NCBI GenBank assembly: GCA_038276285.1
Contig: JBBPZR010000045.1
Span: 6,570-70,569, forward strand
Direction of reading: 5' to 3'
Origin: Mycobacteriales bacterium
GTDB lineage: Bacteria > Actinomycetota > Actinomycetes > Mycobacteriales > QHCA01
DNA length: 64,000 bases
Shown: positions 39,711-48,691 of the stretch, piece by piece
Layout of the letters: each line of letters opens with the position of its first letter
Position numbering within the stretch: the stretch's first letter is position 1
The notes under the pieces: model-generated
The model's database searches: none
Told to the model about the DNA's origin: nothing
Seen by the model: only the letters and a program-made list of their open reading frames with translations
Translations under genes and position numbers: made by a program

Positions 39711-40209
39711 GTGGCCGCGTCCGGTGCTGTGGCTCCGGCGTGCCTGCCCAGCATCACCTGGCCCGAGGCGGTCGACCAAGCACTCTGCTACGGCTGGATC
39801 GACGGGGTGCGGCGTCGCGTCGACGACGCGAGCTACTCGATCCGGTTCACGCCGCAAGCCCGGCAGCATCTGGAGCGCGGTCAACGTCGGGCGGGTGGCC
39901 GAGCTGACCGGGCTGGGCTTGATGCAGGCGGCAGGTCTGGCCGCCTTCGAGCGGCGCCGGGAGGACCGCACCGCCACGTACTCCTACGAGCAGGCGCCGG
40001 CGGCTCTCGGCGACGACTACCTGCGGCAATTCAGCGCAGACGTCGTGGCCTGGGCGTTCTTCCAGGACCAGGCACCGTGGTACCAGCGGGCGGCGATCTG
40101 GTGGGTGGTCGGCGCCAAGAAGGAGGAGACCCGGCGGCGGCTGGCGACCCTCATCGACGACTCGACCCACTGTCGCCGGTTGGCACAGCTCACCCGGCCC
40201 GGTAGCTGA
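39711..40209 (+). pseudogene. YdeI/OmpD-associated family gene remnant (5'-truncated, frameshifted)
   Basis: [36 protein letters not shown] in one frame. RKPGSIWSAVNVGRVAELTGLGLM...AKKEETRRRLATLI in another. The shift is at about 39850, and the first 45 or so aa of the family are missing. Confidence 0.6.
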
Positions 40210-40328
40210 CAGAAAGGAGTAGGGATCGTCATTGGCACGCCTTCTGTGAACGTTTGTGATGCTGGTGGGCCGACCTCGCTGCGAATACGCTCCGATCATC
40301 TACGCAGGTTCCGTCGCAGAGGAGTGCC

Positions 40329-40706
40329 ATGTTGACCGAGAGCGAAGTACACGCGAACATCCCCGCTGCCGATCTCAAGCGGGCGCGCGCGTTCTATACC
40401 GAGGTGCTGGGGCTGACGCCGACGGCTGAAGACGATTACACCGTCACGTTTCCTACGCCGAGCGGCTCCTGGTTCCAGATTTACGAGACCTCCTATGCGG
40501 GTACGGGCAAGCACACCGTCGCGCAATGGGATGTGGAGGACCTCGCGGAAGAGGTGCGCCGGCTCAAGTCTCGGGGCGTCGCCTTCGAAGACTACGACTT
40601 GCCTGGTGTGGAGTGGACGGACAGCATCGCCACCCTTCCCGGCGGGCTGGCGGCGTGGTTCCGGGACAGCGAGGGGAACATCATGTGCCTGGACCAGCGG
40701 GCGTAG
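40329..40706 (+). CDS. VOC (glyoxalase/bleomycin-resistance fold) protein
   Basis: 125 aa. IPAADLKRARAFYTEVLGL...FRDSEGNIM. Confidence 0.75.
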   Translation: MLTESEVHANIPAADLKRARAFYTEVLGLTPTAEDDYTVTFPTPSGSWFQIYETSYAGTGKHTVAQWDVEDLAEEVRRLKSRGVAFEDYDLPGVEWTDSIATLPGGLAAWFRDSEGNIMCLDQRA

Positions 40707-40709
40707 AGC

Positions 40710-40773
40710 GAGGCCATCTTGGACGTAACAGCGATCGCCGCCCTGCTGCATTAGGCGGCGGAGACCCATCACC
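40710..40773 (+). repeat. 64-bp degenerate copy of the 5' region of gene 42253..42564
   Basis: 58 of 64 nt are identical to 42277-42340 by manual alignment. This copy carries TAG (40752-40754) where the intact gene has GAG. Confidence 0.85.
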
Positions 40774-40828
40774 TTGCCCGGCCGGGCGGCTGACTCGGTC
40801 ACCTTCTCGTGGAGCGTCGCCGCCGTCG

Positions 40829-41452
40829 TCACGCGTCCGCGGGTGCGGTGATGAGTTGCGCGACGAGGGTCGCTGCGAGCCATCGCTCGTAGCGGCCGGC
40901 CGACCAGCCGCGTTCCTCGACGAGTTCCCGGTATATCTCCTCGTTCGAGAGGCACCACAGGATGTCGGTCGCCGTGCGTTCATCGACACCGAGCGCAAGA
41001 TCGGCACGCAGGTCATGGACGAAATCGCGAAACGCGCGGGCCCGGTTGTCCAGCACCTTGCGGTAATCGGCGGCGACCTGCGGGTCGGACGCGGCGGCTT
41101 GACGGTGGATGGAGATCAGGTCGTAGCTGGTTTCCATCTGCTGCCGCACGAGTTGGGCCCAGAGTTCAAGGCGGCGGGAGGCGTCTGATTCTGCGGCTGC
41201 GCGCGCCATCAGCTCGGGGATCTTCGAGTCCCGCAGCATGACGTGGCGCATGCCTTCGAGTAGAGCGCGTTTGTTTCCGAAAGCGGCGTAGATCGTTTGA
41301 GGGGCGACGCCTGCCTCCGTGGCGATCGCATCGATCGTGGTGGCGGCCCAACCGCGGCGCGCCATGAGCGCCCGGGCGGCGGCGACCACCCGGTCCTTCG
41401 TCTCTTGCGCCTGACGTTGGCGGTGTGTCGGCGGACGTGGAGGAGCGCTCAC
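40829..41452 (-). CDS. TetR-family transcriptional regulator
   Basis: TTIDAIATEAGVAPQTIYAAFGNKRALL helix-turn-helix. Confidence 0.9.
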   Translation of the reverse strand: MSAPPRPPTHRQRQAQETKDRVVAAARALMARRGWAATTIDAIATEAGVAPQTIYAAFGNKRALLEGMRHVMLRDSKIPELMARAAAESDASRRLELWAQLVRQQMETSYDLISIHRQAAASDPQVAADYRKVLDNRARAFRDFVHDLRADLALGVDERTATDILWCLSNEEIYRELVEERGWSAGRYERWLAATLVAQLITAPADA

Positions 41453-41457
41453 ACCTG

Positions 41458-41487
41458 TACTCTAGCCATGGCCTATCGAGTAGAGTA
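41458..41487. promoter_or_regulatory. AT-rich inverted repeat TACTCTA-N16-TAGAGTA in the TetR divergent intergenic region (candidate operator)
   Basis: Read directly. Lies between the TetR start (41452) and the divergent membrane-protein gene. Confidence 0.4.
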
Positions 41488-41528
41488 TAACTCTGCTCAC
41501 TGAAGTACGACTAAAAGGAGAATGGAAC

Positions 41529-42256
41529 ATGGTGGTGCACGCAGGGGAAGGCCAGCCGGATCGCAGGCTGCGGCGGCCAACCGGGTGGTGTGGTGTCGGG
41601 ATGGTCGCGTCGATAGTGGTGAATGGCCCCCTCTCGGCAGCGTTGCAAAGAGTTCCGAGCTACTGACTCCGGGCGCAGGAGACAAGTTCGCCGCGTACCT
41701 GCGAGACGGGTCGAAGGTCGACCAGATGGTGGTGTTCTTCGCCCTCTCGAACCTGATCTTCGTGTTCGCGATCGGATTCTTCGCGGGCTTACGACGGCTG
41801 GCCAACGAGTCAGACCTCTCGGATTGGGTGCGTGGCGTCGTCTCGATCGGCTCGGCGCTGTTCCTCGCGGGCGGGCTGTTGTCCGAGGCGTTGTCCACCG
41901 GTATCGCCGTGGTCCTGCGCTCCACGCCCGACTACCACCTCGACGTCAACTCCGTTCTGTTGCTGCAAGGACTGTGGTCGACCGCTCTCGCTCAGGGGCA
42001 GGTAGCTCTGGGCGCCGTCATCGTCGTCGTCAGCGCTGCGTGGCTGCGCGACGGCGGGCTCCCCCGATGGCTGGCGTGGTTCGGTGCCGTCGCTGGCGTC
42101 GTGACGATCCTGCGACCGGCGCTCATCACTCACATACCCCTGTTCATCGCGTCGTTCCAGCCGACCTTTCTCTGGATTGCGGCGGTCTCCATCGTCCTCC
42201 TGCGCGGTCGGCGTGCGAGGATCATTAGTCGGCGCGGGCACAGCCCGGCCTGGTGA
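41529..42256 (+). pseudogene. Multi-pass membrane protein, apparently frameshifted near the N-terminus
   Basis: AAGGAG Shine-Dalgarno sequence sits 8 nt before ATG 41529 (MVVHAGEGQPDRRLRRPTGWCGVGMVASIVVNGPLSAAL...). This frame stops at about 41660, while the long ORF 41522..42256 carries the remaining TM helices. The shift is at about 41640-41650. Confidence 0.5.
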
Positions 42257-42564
42257 TCATGGCCAGCCGAGCCACGGAGGCCAACTTGGACGTCACAGCG
42301 ATCGCCCCCCTGCTGCATGAGGCGGCGGAGACACATCATCGCGTCTACCGAATCGTGGACGGAGAGGACCCGGACTGGGCATCTTGGTACGCCGACTGGC
42401 TGATAGACCTGTCCGAACTGCCGCACCTCCTGGGCAAGAAACCGGTGCGCAGCGAGCTTGTGTACCTGCTCGTCGTACTCGACAAGGAGCACACCGGACA
42501 ACACCTTGCCGAGCCATGGGAGCAGTACTACGCGGGTCGGATCAAGGAGCACTTCCAGTCCTGA
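42253..42564 (+). CDS. Hypothetical protein (103 aa)
   Basis: Intact ORF: LLHEAAETHHRVYRIVDGEDPDWASWYADWL. No family named. Confidence 0.55.
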   Translation: MIMASRATEANLDVTAIAPLLHEAAETHHRVYRIVDGEDPDWASWYADWLIDLSELPHLLGKKPVRSELVYLLVVLDKEHTGQHLAEPWEQYYAGRIKEHFQS

Positions 42565-42571
42565 CGCGGCG

Positions 42572-42865
42572 TTACAGCGGTCCACGGCAGGTGCGCAGCA
42601 CGGCGGTCGCCATGGCGATGCCGTCGGAACCCATGGCGCGGGCGTACACGTCCAGGATTTCGCGCTCGCGGGACAACTCGACGCGTACGCCACCGGAGGC
42701 CACCCTTGCGGCTTGAATGCGCTGGGACAGCAGGCGGCGCTCGTGGAGTTGATCTAACACAAGCAGATCGAGGTCGTCGATTCGGGCGCGGAGCGCGCCG
42801 ACAAGGGTGTCCAGGTCGGCTGGCTCGGCCGAATCCTGGGATGTGGCGATGGCGGGGGCGGTCAT
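42572..42865 (-). CDS. AroQ-class chorismate mutase
   Basis: LRARIDDLDLLVLDQLHERRLLSQRIQAAR...RVELSREREIL. AGGAGA Shine-Dalgarno sequence before ATG 42865. Adjacent to pcrA/uvrD1, as I recall for M. tuberculosis. Confidence 0.8.
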   Translation of the reverse strand: MTAPAIATSQDSAEPADLDTLVGALRARIDDLDLLVLDQLHERRLLSQRIQAARVASGGVRVELSREREILDVYARAMGSDGIAMATAVLRTCRGPL

Positions 42866-42913
42866 CGGATTCTCCTGGCGGTCGGTGCCCGAGGCTGCCG
42901 GCCCGAGGAAAGC

Positions 42914-42944
42914 AAAAACCCCGGGCTTAGAGCCCGGGGCTTTT
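42914..42944. terminator. Intrinsic-terminator-like hairpin flanked by an A-run and a T-run
   Basis: AAAAA-CCCCGGGCT-TAG-AGCCCGGGG-CTTTT. 9-bp stem with a 3-nt loop. Located 50 nt upstream of the chorismate mutase start. Confidence 0.6.
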
Positions 42945-43110
42945 GGTCGTGGTCTGGGTTCAGACGGCAGCGACAGGCACCGGACTACGGTGCCCATAAA
43001 ATTCGTGCGCGCGCGTCATGTGGACCAGTGTGCACCAAGAGACGGGCCGGCGCGAGCGCTTCTGCGGATATCGGGACCCGTCGCACCACCGACCTAGAAT
43101 CAAGTCCGAC

Positions 43111-45441
43111 ATGACGACTCTCTTCGACGGGGTCCAGCCCGAGCCCGCGCGGCCTCCGGTGCGCCTCAAGGTCGACCCGGACACCCTGCTCGAGGGGCTC
43201 AACGCACAGCAACGCCAGGCCGTCCTGCACTCCGGTGGCCCCCTGCTGATCGTCGCCGGTGCCGGGTCGGGCAAGACCCGGGTGCTGACCCACCGGGTGG
43301 CCCACCTGCTCGGAAACCGTGGCGTGCAGCCCGGCGAGGTGCTCGCGATCACGTTCACCAACAAGGCGGCCGGCGAGATGAAGGAGCGGGTGGCAGCCCT
43401 GGTCGGACCGCGGGCCCGGTCGATGTGGGTGTCGACGTTCCACTCGATGTGTGTGCGCATCCTGCGAGCCGAGGCCAAGCAGCTGGGGCTGAAGTCCACC
43501 TTCTCGATCTATGACCAGGGTGACTCCCAGCGGCTGATGGCGCTGTGCATCAGGGAGCTCGATCTCGATCCCAAGCGCTATCCGGCCCGGCAGCTCGCGG
43601 CGCAGGTGAGCAACCTCAAGAACGAGTTGGTCGACCACGAGACCTGGGCCGCGCAGGCCCAGACCGGTCCCGAGAAGGTGCTGGCCGAGGCCTTCGAGCT
43701 CTATCAGCGCCGGCTTCGGGAGGCGCACGCCCTCGACTTCGACGACCTGATCATGACGACGGTCAACCTGCTCCAGGCCTTCCCGGCCGTCGCCGAGCAT
43801 TACCGTCGGCGGTTCCGGCACGTGCTGGTCGACGAATACCAGGACACCAACCACGCGCAGTACGTGCTGGTCCGCGAGTTGGTCGGCGGTGCCGTGGGGC
43901 AGCGGGAGCGGCGCACGGTCGACGGCGATCTGGTACGGGAGGGAGCCGCGGCCGCCGGCGTCCCGCCCGCGGAGCTGTGCGTCGTCGGTGACGCCGACCA
44001 GAGCATCTACGCGTTCCGGGGCGCCAACATCCGCAACATCCTCGAATTCGAGCGCGACTATCCAAACGCGACCGTGATCCTCCTCGAGCAGAACTACCGC
44101 TCCACCCAGACGATCCTCACCGCGGCAAACGCCGTGATCTCCCGCAACCCCAACCGCAAGCCCAAGAATCTGTGGAGCGATGCCGGAGCCGGCACACCCA
44201 TCGAGGGCTACGTCGCTGACAACGAGCACGACGAGGGGGCCTGGGTGGCCGGCGAGGTCGACCGGCTCACCGACGACGAAGGCGTCGAACCGTCCCAGGT
44301 CGCGGTGTTCTATCGCACCAACGCCCAGTCCCGGGTCTTCGAGGAGGTGTTCATCCGGGTCGGCCTGCCCTACAAGGTGGTGGGCGGCGTGCGCTTCTAC
44401 GAGCGCCGGGAGGTGCGCGACATGCTGGCGTACCTGCGACTGCTGTCCAACCCGGCCGACACCGTGAGCCTGCGCCGGATTCTCAACACTCCCCGCCGGG
44501 GCATCGGCGATCGGGCCGTCGCGTGCGTCGAGTCGCTTTCCTCGCGCGACCGGGTGCCCTTCGCCGATGCGCTCGAGCGGTGCGGCGAGGCGCCGGGCAT
44601 CAACACCCGGTCCGCCGCGGCCATCGGCGCCTTCATCGGGCTGATGACAGAGCTTCGGGCTCTGGTCGCCGGGGGCGAGGGGCCGGCCGCGATCCTCGAG
44701 GCCGTCCTGCAGCGCACCGGCTACCTCGCCGAGCTCGAGGCCTCCGAGGACACCCAGGACGAGCAGCGGATCGACAACGTCCAGGAGTTGGTGAGTGTCG
44801 CGAGGGAGTACGAGGAATCCGTCGGCGGTGGCGACCTGGCCGGCTTCCTCGAGCAGGTGTCGCTGGTCGCCGACGCCGACAGCATTCCCGACGCCGCCGG
44901 CGGCGTGGTCACGTTGATGACGCTGCACACCGCCAAGGGCCTGGAGTTCCCCGTGGTGTTCCTGACCGGGCTCGAGGACGGCGTCTTCCCGCACATGCGC
45001 ACGTTCGGCGACCCCGCGGAGCTTGAGGAGGAGCGCCGGCTGGCCTACGTCGGCATCACTCGGGCGCAACAGCGGCTGTACCTCTCCCGAGCGGTGACCA
45101 GGAGCGCCTGGGGCCAGCCGCAGTACTATCCGCCGTCGCGCTTTCTCGACGAGGTGCCGCCCGACCTCGTGCACTGGGAGCGCACAGAGCCGGTCCGCCA
45201 GCCCCCGGCGCAGGCCCGGGTGGCCGCGCTCGGCCTGGCCCGCGGCACGCTGCGTGGCGGCGCGGGCAACCGGCCGATCCTCGACCTCGAGATCGGCGAC
45301 AAGGTGAGCCATGACGCGTTCGGCGTCGGCACGGTGACCGAGACCCGCGGGATCGGCGAGAAGGCGCAGGCGCAGATCGACTTCGGGAGTTCCGGGGTGA
45401 AATGGCTGCTGCTGCGGTACGCCCCGATCGAGAAGCTCTAG
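43111..45441 (+). CDS. pcrA: ATP-dependent DNA helicase PcrA/UvrD1
   Basis: AGAGSGKT Walker A, DEYQDTN, and the complete set of UvrD motifs. TAGAAT -10-like hexamer 10 nt before ATG 43111. Confidence 0.95.
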   Translation: MTTLFDGVQPEPARPPVRLKVDPDTLLEGLNAQQRQAVLHSGGPLLIVAGAGSGKTRVLTHRVAHLLGNRGVQPGEVLAITFTNKAAGEMKERVAALVGPRARSMWVSTFHSMCVRILRAEAKQLGLKSTFSIYDQGDSQRLMALCIRELDLDPKRYPARQLAAQVSNLKNELVDHETWAAQAQTGPEKVLAEAFELYQRRLREAHALDFDDLIMTTVNLLQAFPAVAEHYRRRFRHVLVDEYQDTNHAQYVLVRELVGGAVGQRERRTVDGDLVREGAAAAGVPPAELCVVGDADQSIYAFRGANIRNILEFERDYPNATVILLEQNYRSTQTILTAANAVISRNPNRKPKNLWSDAGAGTPIEGYVADNEHDEGAWVAGEVDRLTDDEGVEPSQVAVFYRTNAQSRVFEEVFIRVGLPYKVVGGVRFYERREVRDMLAYLRLLSNPADTVSLRRILNTPRRGIGDRAVACVESLSSRDRVPFADALERCGEAPGINTRSAAAIGAFIGLMTELRALVAGGEGPAAILEAVLQRTGYLAELEASEDTQDEQRIDNVQELVSVAREYEESVGGGDLAGFLEQVSLVADADSIPDAAGGVVTLMTLHTAKGLEFPVVFLTGLEDGVFPHMRTFGDPAELEEERRLAYVGITRAQQRLYLSRAVTRSAWGQPQYYPPSRFLDEVPPDLVHWERTEPVRQPPAQARVAALGLARGTLRGGAGNRPILDLEIGDKVSHDAFGVGTVTETRGIGEKAQAQIDFGSSGVKWLLLRYAPIEKL

Positions 45442-45868
45442 CGGAGCCGACGCCGCCCACGGCGACCGGCCGACTGCGCCGAGATCGAGCGGGCATCCGC
45501 GCTCAGATACATCGCGAGCGCCGCGAGGAAGACGGCGTACAACGTGAGGTTGCGGCCCGGCACGGCGTCGCTGCTCAGGTGGCCGAGGACACGTCCATCC
45601 AGCGTCGATGCGCGATGCCGGCCACGAACAGCAGGTCGGGAAACATCGCCACGACGTGACCCAGGATCACCCACATGCCAGGCAGCGGGACTCGACGGTT
45701 CTCCTGCGCCACGTACACGGTCATGCCGATCAGGGCGACGCTGCCGCCGACGAAGAAGGAGGTGAACCAGTGCAGTCGTGCCTCATGGGCCGGATAGCTG
45801 ACATACAGCAGGGCCTCGACCGCGAGGGTGACCGCCGCACCGCGCAGCCAGCTGACCGGCCGGTTCAC
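45438..45868 (-). pseudogene. Membrane protein, apparently frameshifted near 45590
   Basis: ORF 45575..45868 ends in ...GIAHRRWMDV. The protein-like continuation LGHLSSDAVPGRNLTLYAVFLAALAMYL is in the frame of ORF 45438..45674. Confidence 0.45.
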
Positions 45869-46389
45869 TTCAACCCCCGCAGCATCGTGCGTACCTCGCC
45901 TAGTCGCGTCGCGACAGCCGGATCCAGCGTCCGATAGCGGATCAGCCCGTTCGGCCCCACGACGGCGTAGCCGACGGGGTAGCCGGAATCGCGCGGCTCC
46001 GGCATGTCGTAGCCCTCGGCCAGGGTGCCGTCCTGGTCGGTCACGGTCGCCACGGCGGTCTCGGAGAGGTTGGCGGGGCCACCGACGACCACCGTGTCGA
46101 CGTCAGAGGGCAGCGCGTGCGGGCGCGACAGGGCGGCCAGCAGCGGCTTCTGCTGCGCGGGCCGTACGAAGAACACGACCGCGATGTGCCCGGACGCGGG
46201 GATCGACCCGGTGACCAGTGGCGCGGCGCTCTGCGGGCCGACGGCGTCGAGGTAGCCCGGGCGCTGCATTGCCAGGTCGGGGTCGTCGAGCCCGCTGGTG
46301 TGCAAGCGCGCGGCGAGAAGGGCGACGCCGAGCACGACAGCGATTGCCAGCCAGGTCACCAGCGCACGCACCGCCGGAGTGACTCTCAC
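45865..46389 (-). CDS. Membrane-anchored thioredoxin-fold-like hypothetical protein
   Basis: The GTG at 46389 overlaps the upstream stop (GTGA). One TM helix is followed by a soluble domain with no CxxC. Confidence 0.5.
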   Translation of the reverse strand: MRVTPAVRALVTWLAIAVVLGVALLAARLHTSGLDDPDLAMQRPGYLDAVGPQSAAPLVTGSIPASGHIAVVFFVRPAQQKPLLAALSRPHALPSDVDTVVVGGPANLSETAVATVTDQDGTLAEGYDMPEPRDSGYPVGYAVVGPNGLIRYRTLDPAVATRLGEVRTMLRGLK

Positions 46390-47306
46390 GGATGGGCGCC
46401 GCGCTCGTGATCCTGGTGCCCGCCGGGCTCGAGCTGAAAGGTGCAGTGCTCCACATCGAAGCGATCGGCGAGGCAGTCGCAGAGCCGGTCGAGCACCTGA
46501 CCACCACCGCCCGAGCGCATCGTGACATCGTCCACGACAACGTGTGCCGACAGGACCGGCACGCCGCTGGTGATCGTCCAAACATGCAGATCGTGCACGT
46601 CGACAACGCCGGGGACCCCGACGATGTGGTCGCGAACGTGCGCCATGTTCAGGCCCGCTGGCGCGTTTTCGAGCAGTACGTCGACGACCTCGCGGAGCAG
46701 CCGCCACACCCTGGGCAGGATGAACAGGCCGATGGCCACGGCGGCCACCGCGTCGACCCGCGGCTGGCCGGTGAGCGCGATCACGATGCCGGCCACCAGG
46801 ACCGCGGCTGAGCCGAGCGCGTCGCTGAGCAGTTCGAGGAACACCGCCCGCAGCGTGAGGCTGGCCGAACGACCTCGGGCCAGAATGACCATCGCGATCA
46901 GGTTGCCGGCCAGGGCCACCGCCGCGAAGATCAGCAGGGTGCGGCCGGTCACGGCCGGCGGGGCGGCCAGTCGCCGGACCGCTTCGACCAGTACGACGGC
47001 AGCCACCCCGAACAGCAGCAGAGCGTTGACCAGCGCGGCGAGCACCTCCGCGCGCTGGTAGCCGAAGGTTCGCTGGACGGTGGCCGGTCGGGCGGCGTAC
47101 CGGCTCGCGACGAGGCTCAGGCCGATGCCGGCAGCGTCCGTGGCCAGATGACCGGCATCGGCCAGCAGGGCCAAGCTGCCCGAGAGTGCCGCGCCGAGGA
47201 CCTCCGCGGCCAGGACGACGAGCACCACGGCGAGAACCGCACGAAGGCGTCTGCGATGTGCACCAGTGGGGGTGAGGATGGGCGAATGGGGATGCCCTGC
47301 TACCAT
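46386..47306 (-). CDS. Cation diffusion facilitator (CzcD/ZitB-like) transporter
   Basis: LLADAGHLATDA and HVWTITSG...HCTFQLE motifs; 306 aa. Confidence 0.85.
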   Translation of the reverse strand: MVAGHPHSPILTPTGAHRRRLRAVLAVVLVVLAAEVLGAALSGSLALLADAGHLATDAAGIGLSLVASRYAARPATVQRTFGYQRAEVLAALVNALLLFGVAAVVLVEAVRRLAAPPAVTGRTLLIFAAVALAGNLIAMVILARGRSASLTLRAVFLELLSDALGSAAVLVAGIVIALTGQPRVDAVAAVAIGLFILPRVWRLLREVVDVLLENAPAGLNMAHVRDHIVGVPGVVDVHDLHVWTITSGVPVLSAHVVVDDVTMRSGGGGQVLDRLCDCLADRFDVEHCTFQLEPGGHQDHERGAHP

Positions 47307-47316
47307 GCCCCGGAGA

Positions 47317-48075
47317 CTAGATCGTGACTCCGCGGCGCTTCAGCCACGGGATGGGGTCGACCGGAACACCGTCGATGCGGACCCCGAAGTGCAGGTGCGG
47401 ACCGGTGGAGAAGCCCAGGTTGCCCACCCAGGCGATGAGCTGACCGGCTCGCACGCGCTGGCCCTTGTGGACGAACATGCGCTCCTCGTGGCCGTACCAG
47501 CTCTCGGTGTGTGCGTCGTACCTGAGCGTGATGAGGTTGCCGTAGCCGGAGTCCGGCCCCGCCCCCTCGACGACACCGTCGGTCACCGCATAGATCGGCG
47601 AGCCCAGCGGCGCGGCGAGGTCGATCCCGTCGTGGAACGCGCCCCAGCGCCAGCAGAAGCACGTGGTGAGGATGCCGGTGCCCGGGCGGACGTACTTGTG
47701 CAGCACCTTGCGGGGAACTCCGCGCGAGGAACGCACTGTCACAACGGGCCCGGCGTCGAAGCGGGAGGTCGTGCCGTGCGCCGTGGCCAAACCGTCGTCG
47801 AGTCCGATCCCGGCCACGGGGGAGTCGAGTTGTTGCAAGCTGGCCGCGGCAGGAACCGCGTGCGGGCTGGGCAGCGTCGCCGCGCTACCCAGGGCCACCA
47901 CCCCGGCGCCCAGGATCGCCGTGGTCGCGACCGCGGCGTAACGGCTCTTCGGTGGCTTGGCGACCCGGTGCCGGATGGGACCGGCGGCCGGCGGGGGAAT
48001 GTACGAGGCCGGAACCTCAGGGGCGCGGTGCCTGCCGCTGGCTGGTTTGCCGTTAGCCTGGCGGTGGGACGACAC
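47317..48075 (-). CDS. M23 family metallopeptidase
   Basis: HDGIDLAAPLGSPIYAV...GNLGFSTGPHLHFGV. GTG 48075 has a GGAAGG Shine-Dalgarno sequence upstream. The N-terminus is basic, followed by a TM segment. Confidence 0.8.
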   Translation of the reverse strand: MSSHRQANGKPASGRHRAPEVPASYIPPPAAGPIRHRVAKPPKSRYAAVATTAILGAGVVALGSAATLPSPHAVPAAASLQQLDSPVAGIGLDDGLATAHGTTSRFDAGPVVTVRSSRGVPRKVLHKYVRPGTGILTTCFCWRWGAFHDGIDLAAPLGSPIYAVTDGVVEGAGPDSGYGNLITLRYDAHTESWYGHEERMFVHKGQRVRAGQLIAWVGNLGFSTGPHLHFGVRIDGVPVDPIPWLKRRGVTI

Positions 48076-48078
48076 GCA

Positions 48079-48262
48079 CAGCCTTCCGAGACGCGAGTGG
48101 TAGCTGAGGTTGCCGGGACCGGCAATGAGACCGAACCGTAACCGGTGTCGAGGTCGGGGACAAGTCGTCTGGCCTGCCCGATTTCCACCGATGTCTGGGG
48201 GCAACAGCCAGTTGCCGTCTGCTGCCGCGGGGTTACCCTTCGAACCGAGCAGCCCACCGTCG
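48079..48262 (-). promoter_or_regulatory. Candidate c-di-AMP (ydaO/yuaA-type) riboswitch in the M23 peptidase leader
   Basis: The minus-strand RNA contains GGGUAACCCC, GGUGGAAAUC and a 3' CCCGGCAACCUCAGCUACCACUCGCGUCUCGG. From memory, these resemble the ydaO blocks GGGGACCC, GGGGUGAAUC and CCCGAAxCCGxCAGCUAACCUCGUAxGCGU. Confidence 0.5.
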
Positions 48263-48276
48263 ACGGAGGTCCGCAC

Positions 48277-48681
48277 ATGAGCTCCCGTATCCGGGTCGTC
48301 GTCGCGAAGCCGGGCCTGGATGGACACGACCGTGGCGCCAAGGTGGTGGCGCGGGCCCTGCGCGACGCCGGTATGGAGGTCGTCTACACCGGGCTGCACC
48401 AGACGCCGGAGCAGATCGTCGAGACCGTCATCCAGGAGGACGCCGACTGCGTCGGGCTCTCGGTGCTCTCCGGCGCTCACATGACGCTTTTCGCGCGGTT
48501 GGTCGACCTGCTCAAGGCGCGCGGCGCCGACGACGTACTGGTCTTCGGCGGCGGCATCATCCCGCTGGACGACATCTCCGAGCTCGAACGGATGGGTGTC
48601 GCCAAGGTGTTCACACCAGGTGCCACCACGCAGTCGATCGTTGACTGGGTCAGGGAGAACGTCGGGACTCCGGCCGCCTGA
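48277..48681 (+). CDS. Cobalamin (B12)-binding domain protein (mutase small-subunit-like)
   Basis: [24 protein letters not shown] (DxHxxG) and [14 protein letters not shown] Shine-Dalgarno sequence before ATG 48277. Confidence 0.8.
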   Translation: MSSRIRVVVAKPGLDGHDRGAKVVARALRDAGMEVVYTGLHQTPEQIVETVIQEDADCVGLSVLSGAHMTLFARLVDLLKARGADDVLVFGGGIIPLDDISELERMGVAKVFTPGATTQSIVDWVRENVGTPAA

Positions 48682-48691
48682 GCGACACCCC

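Noticed and set aside
41522-41528. ATG 41522 as the start of the membrane protein (ORF-track start).
   Set aside because: The AAGGAG Shine-Dalgarno sequence is only 1 nt from it but 8 nt from ATG 41529 in another frame, whose product looks like a TM N-terminus. I interpret the gene as frameshifted rather than starting at 41522.
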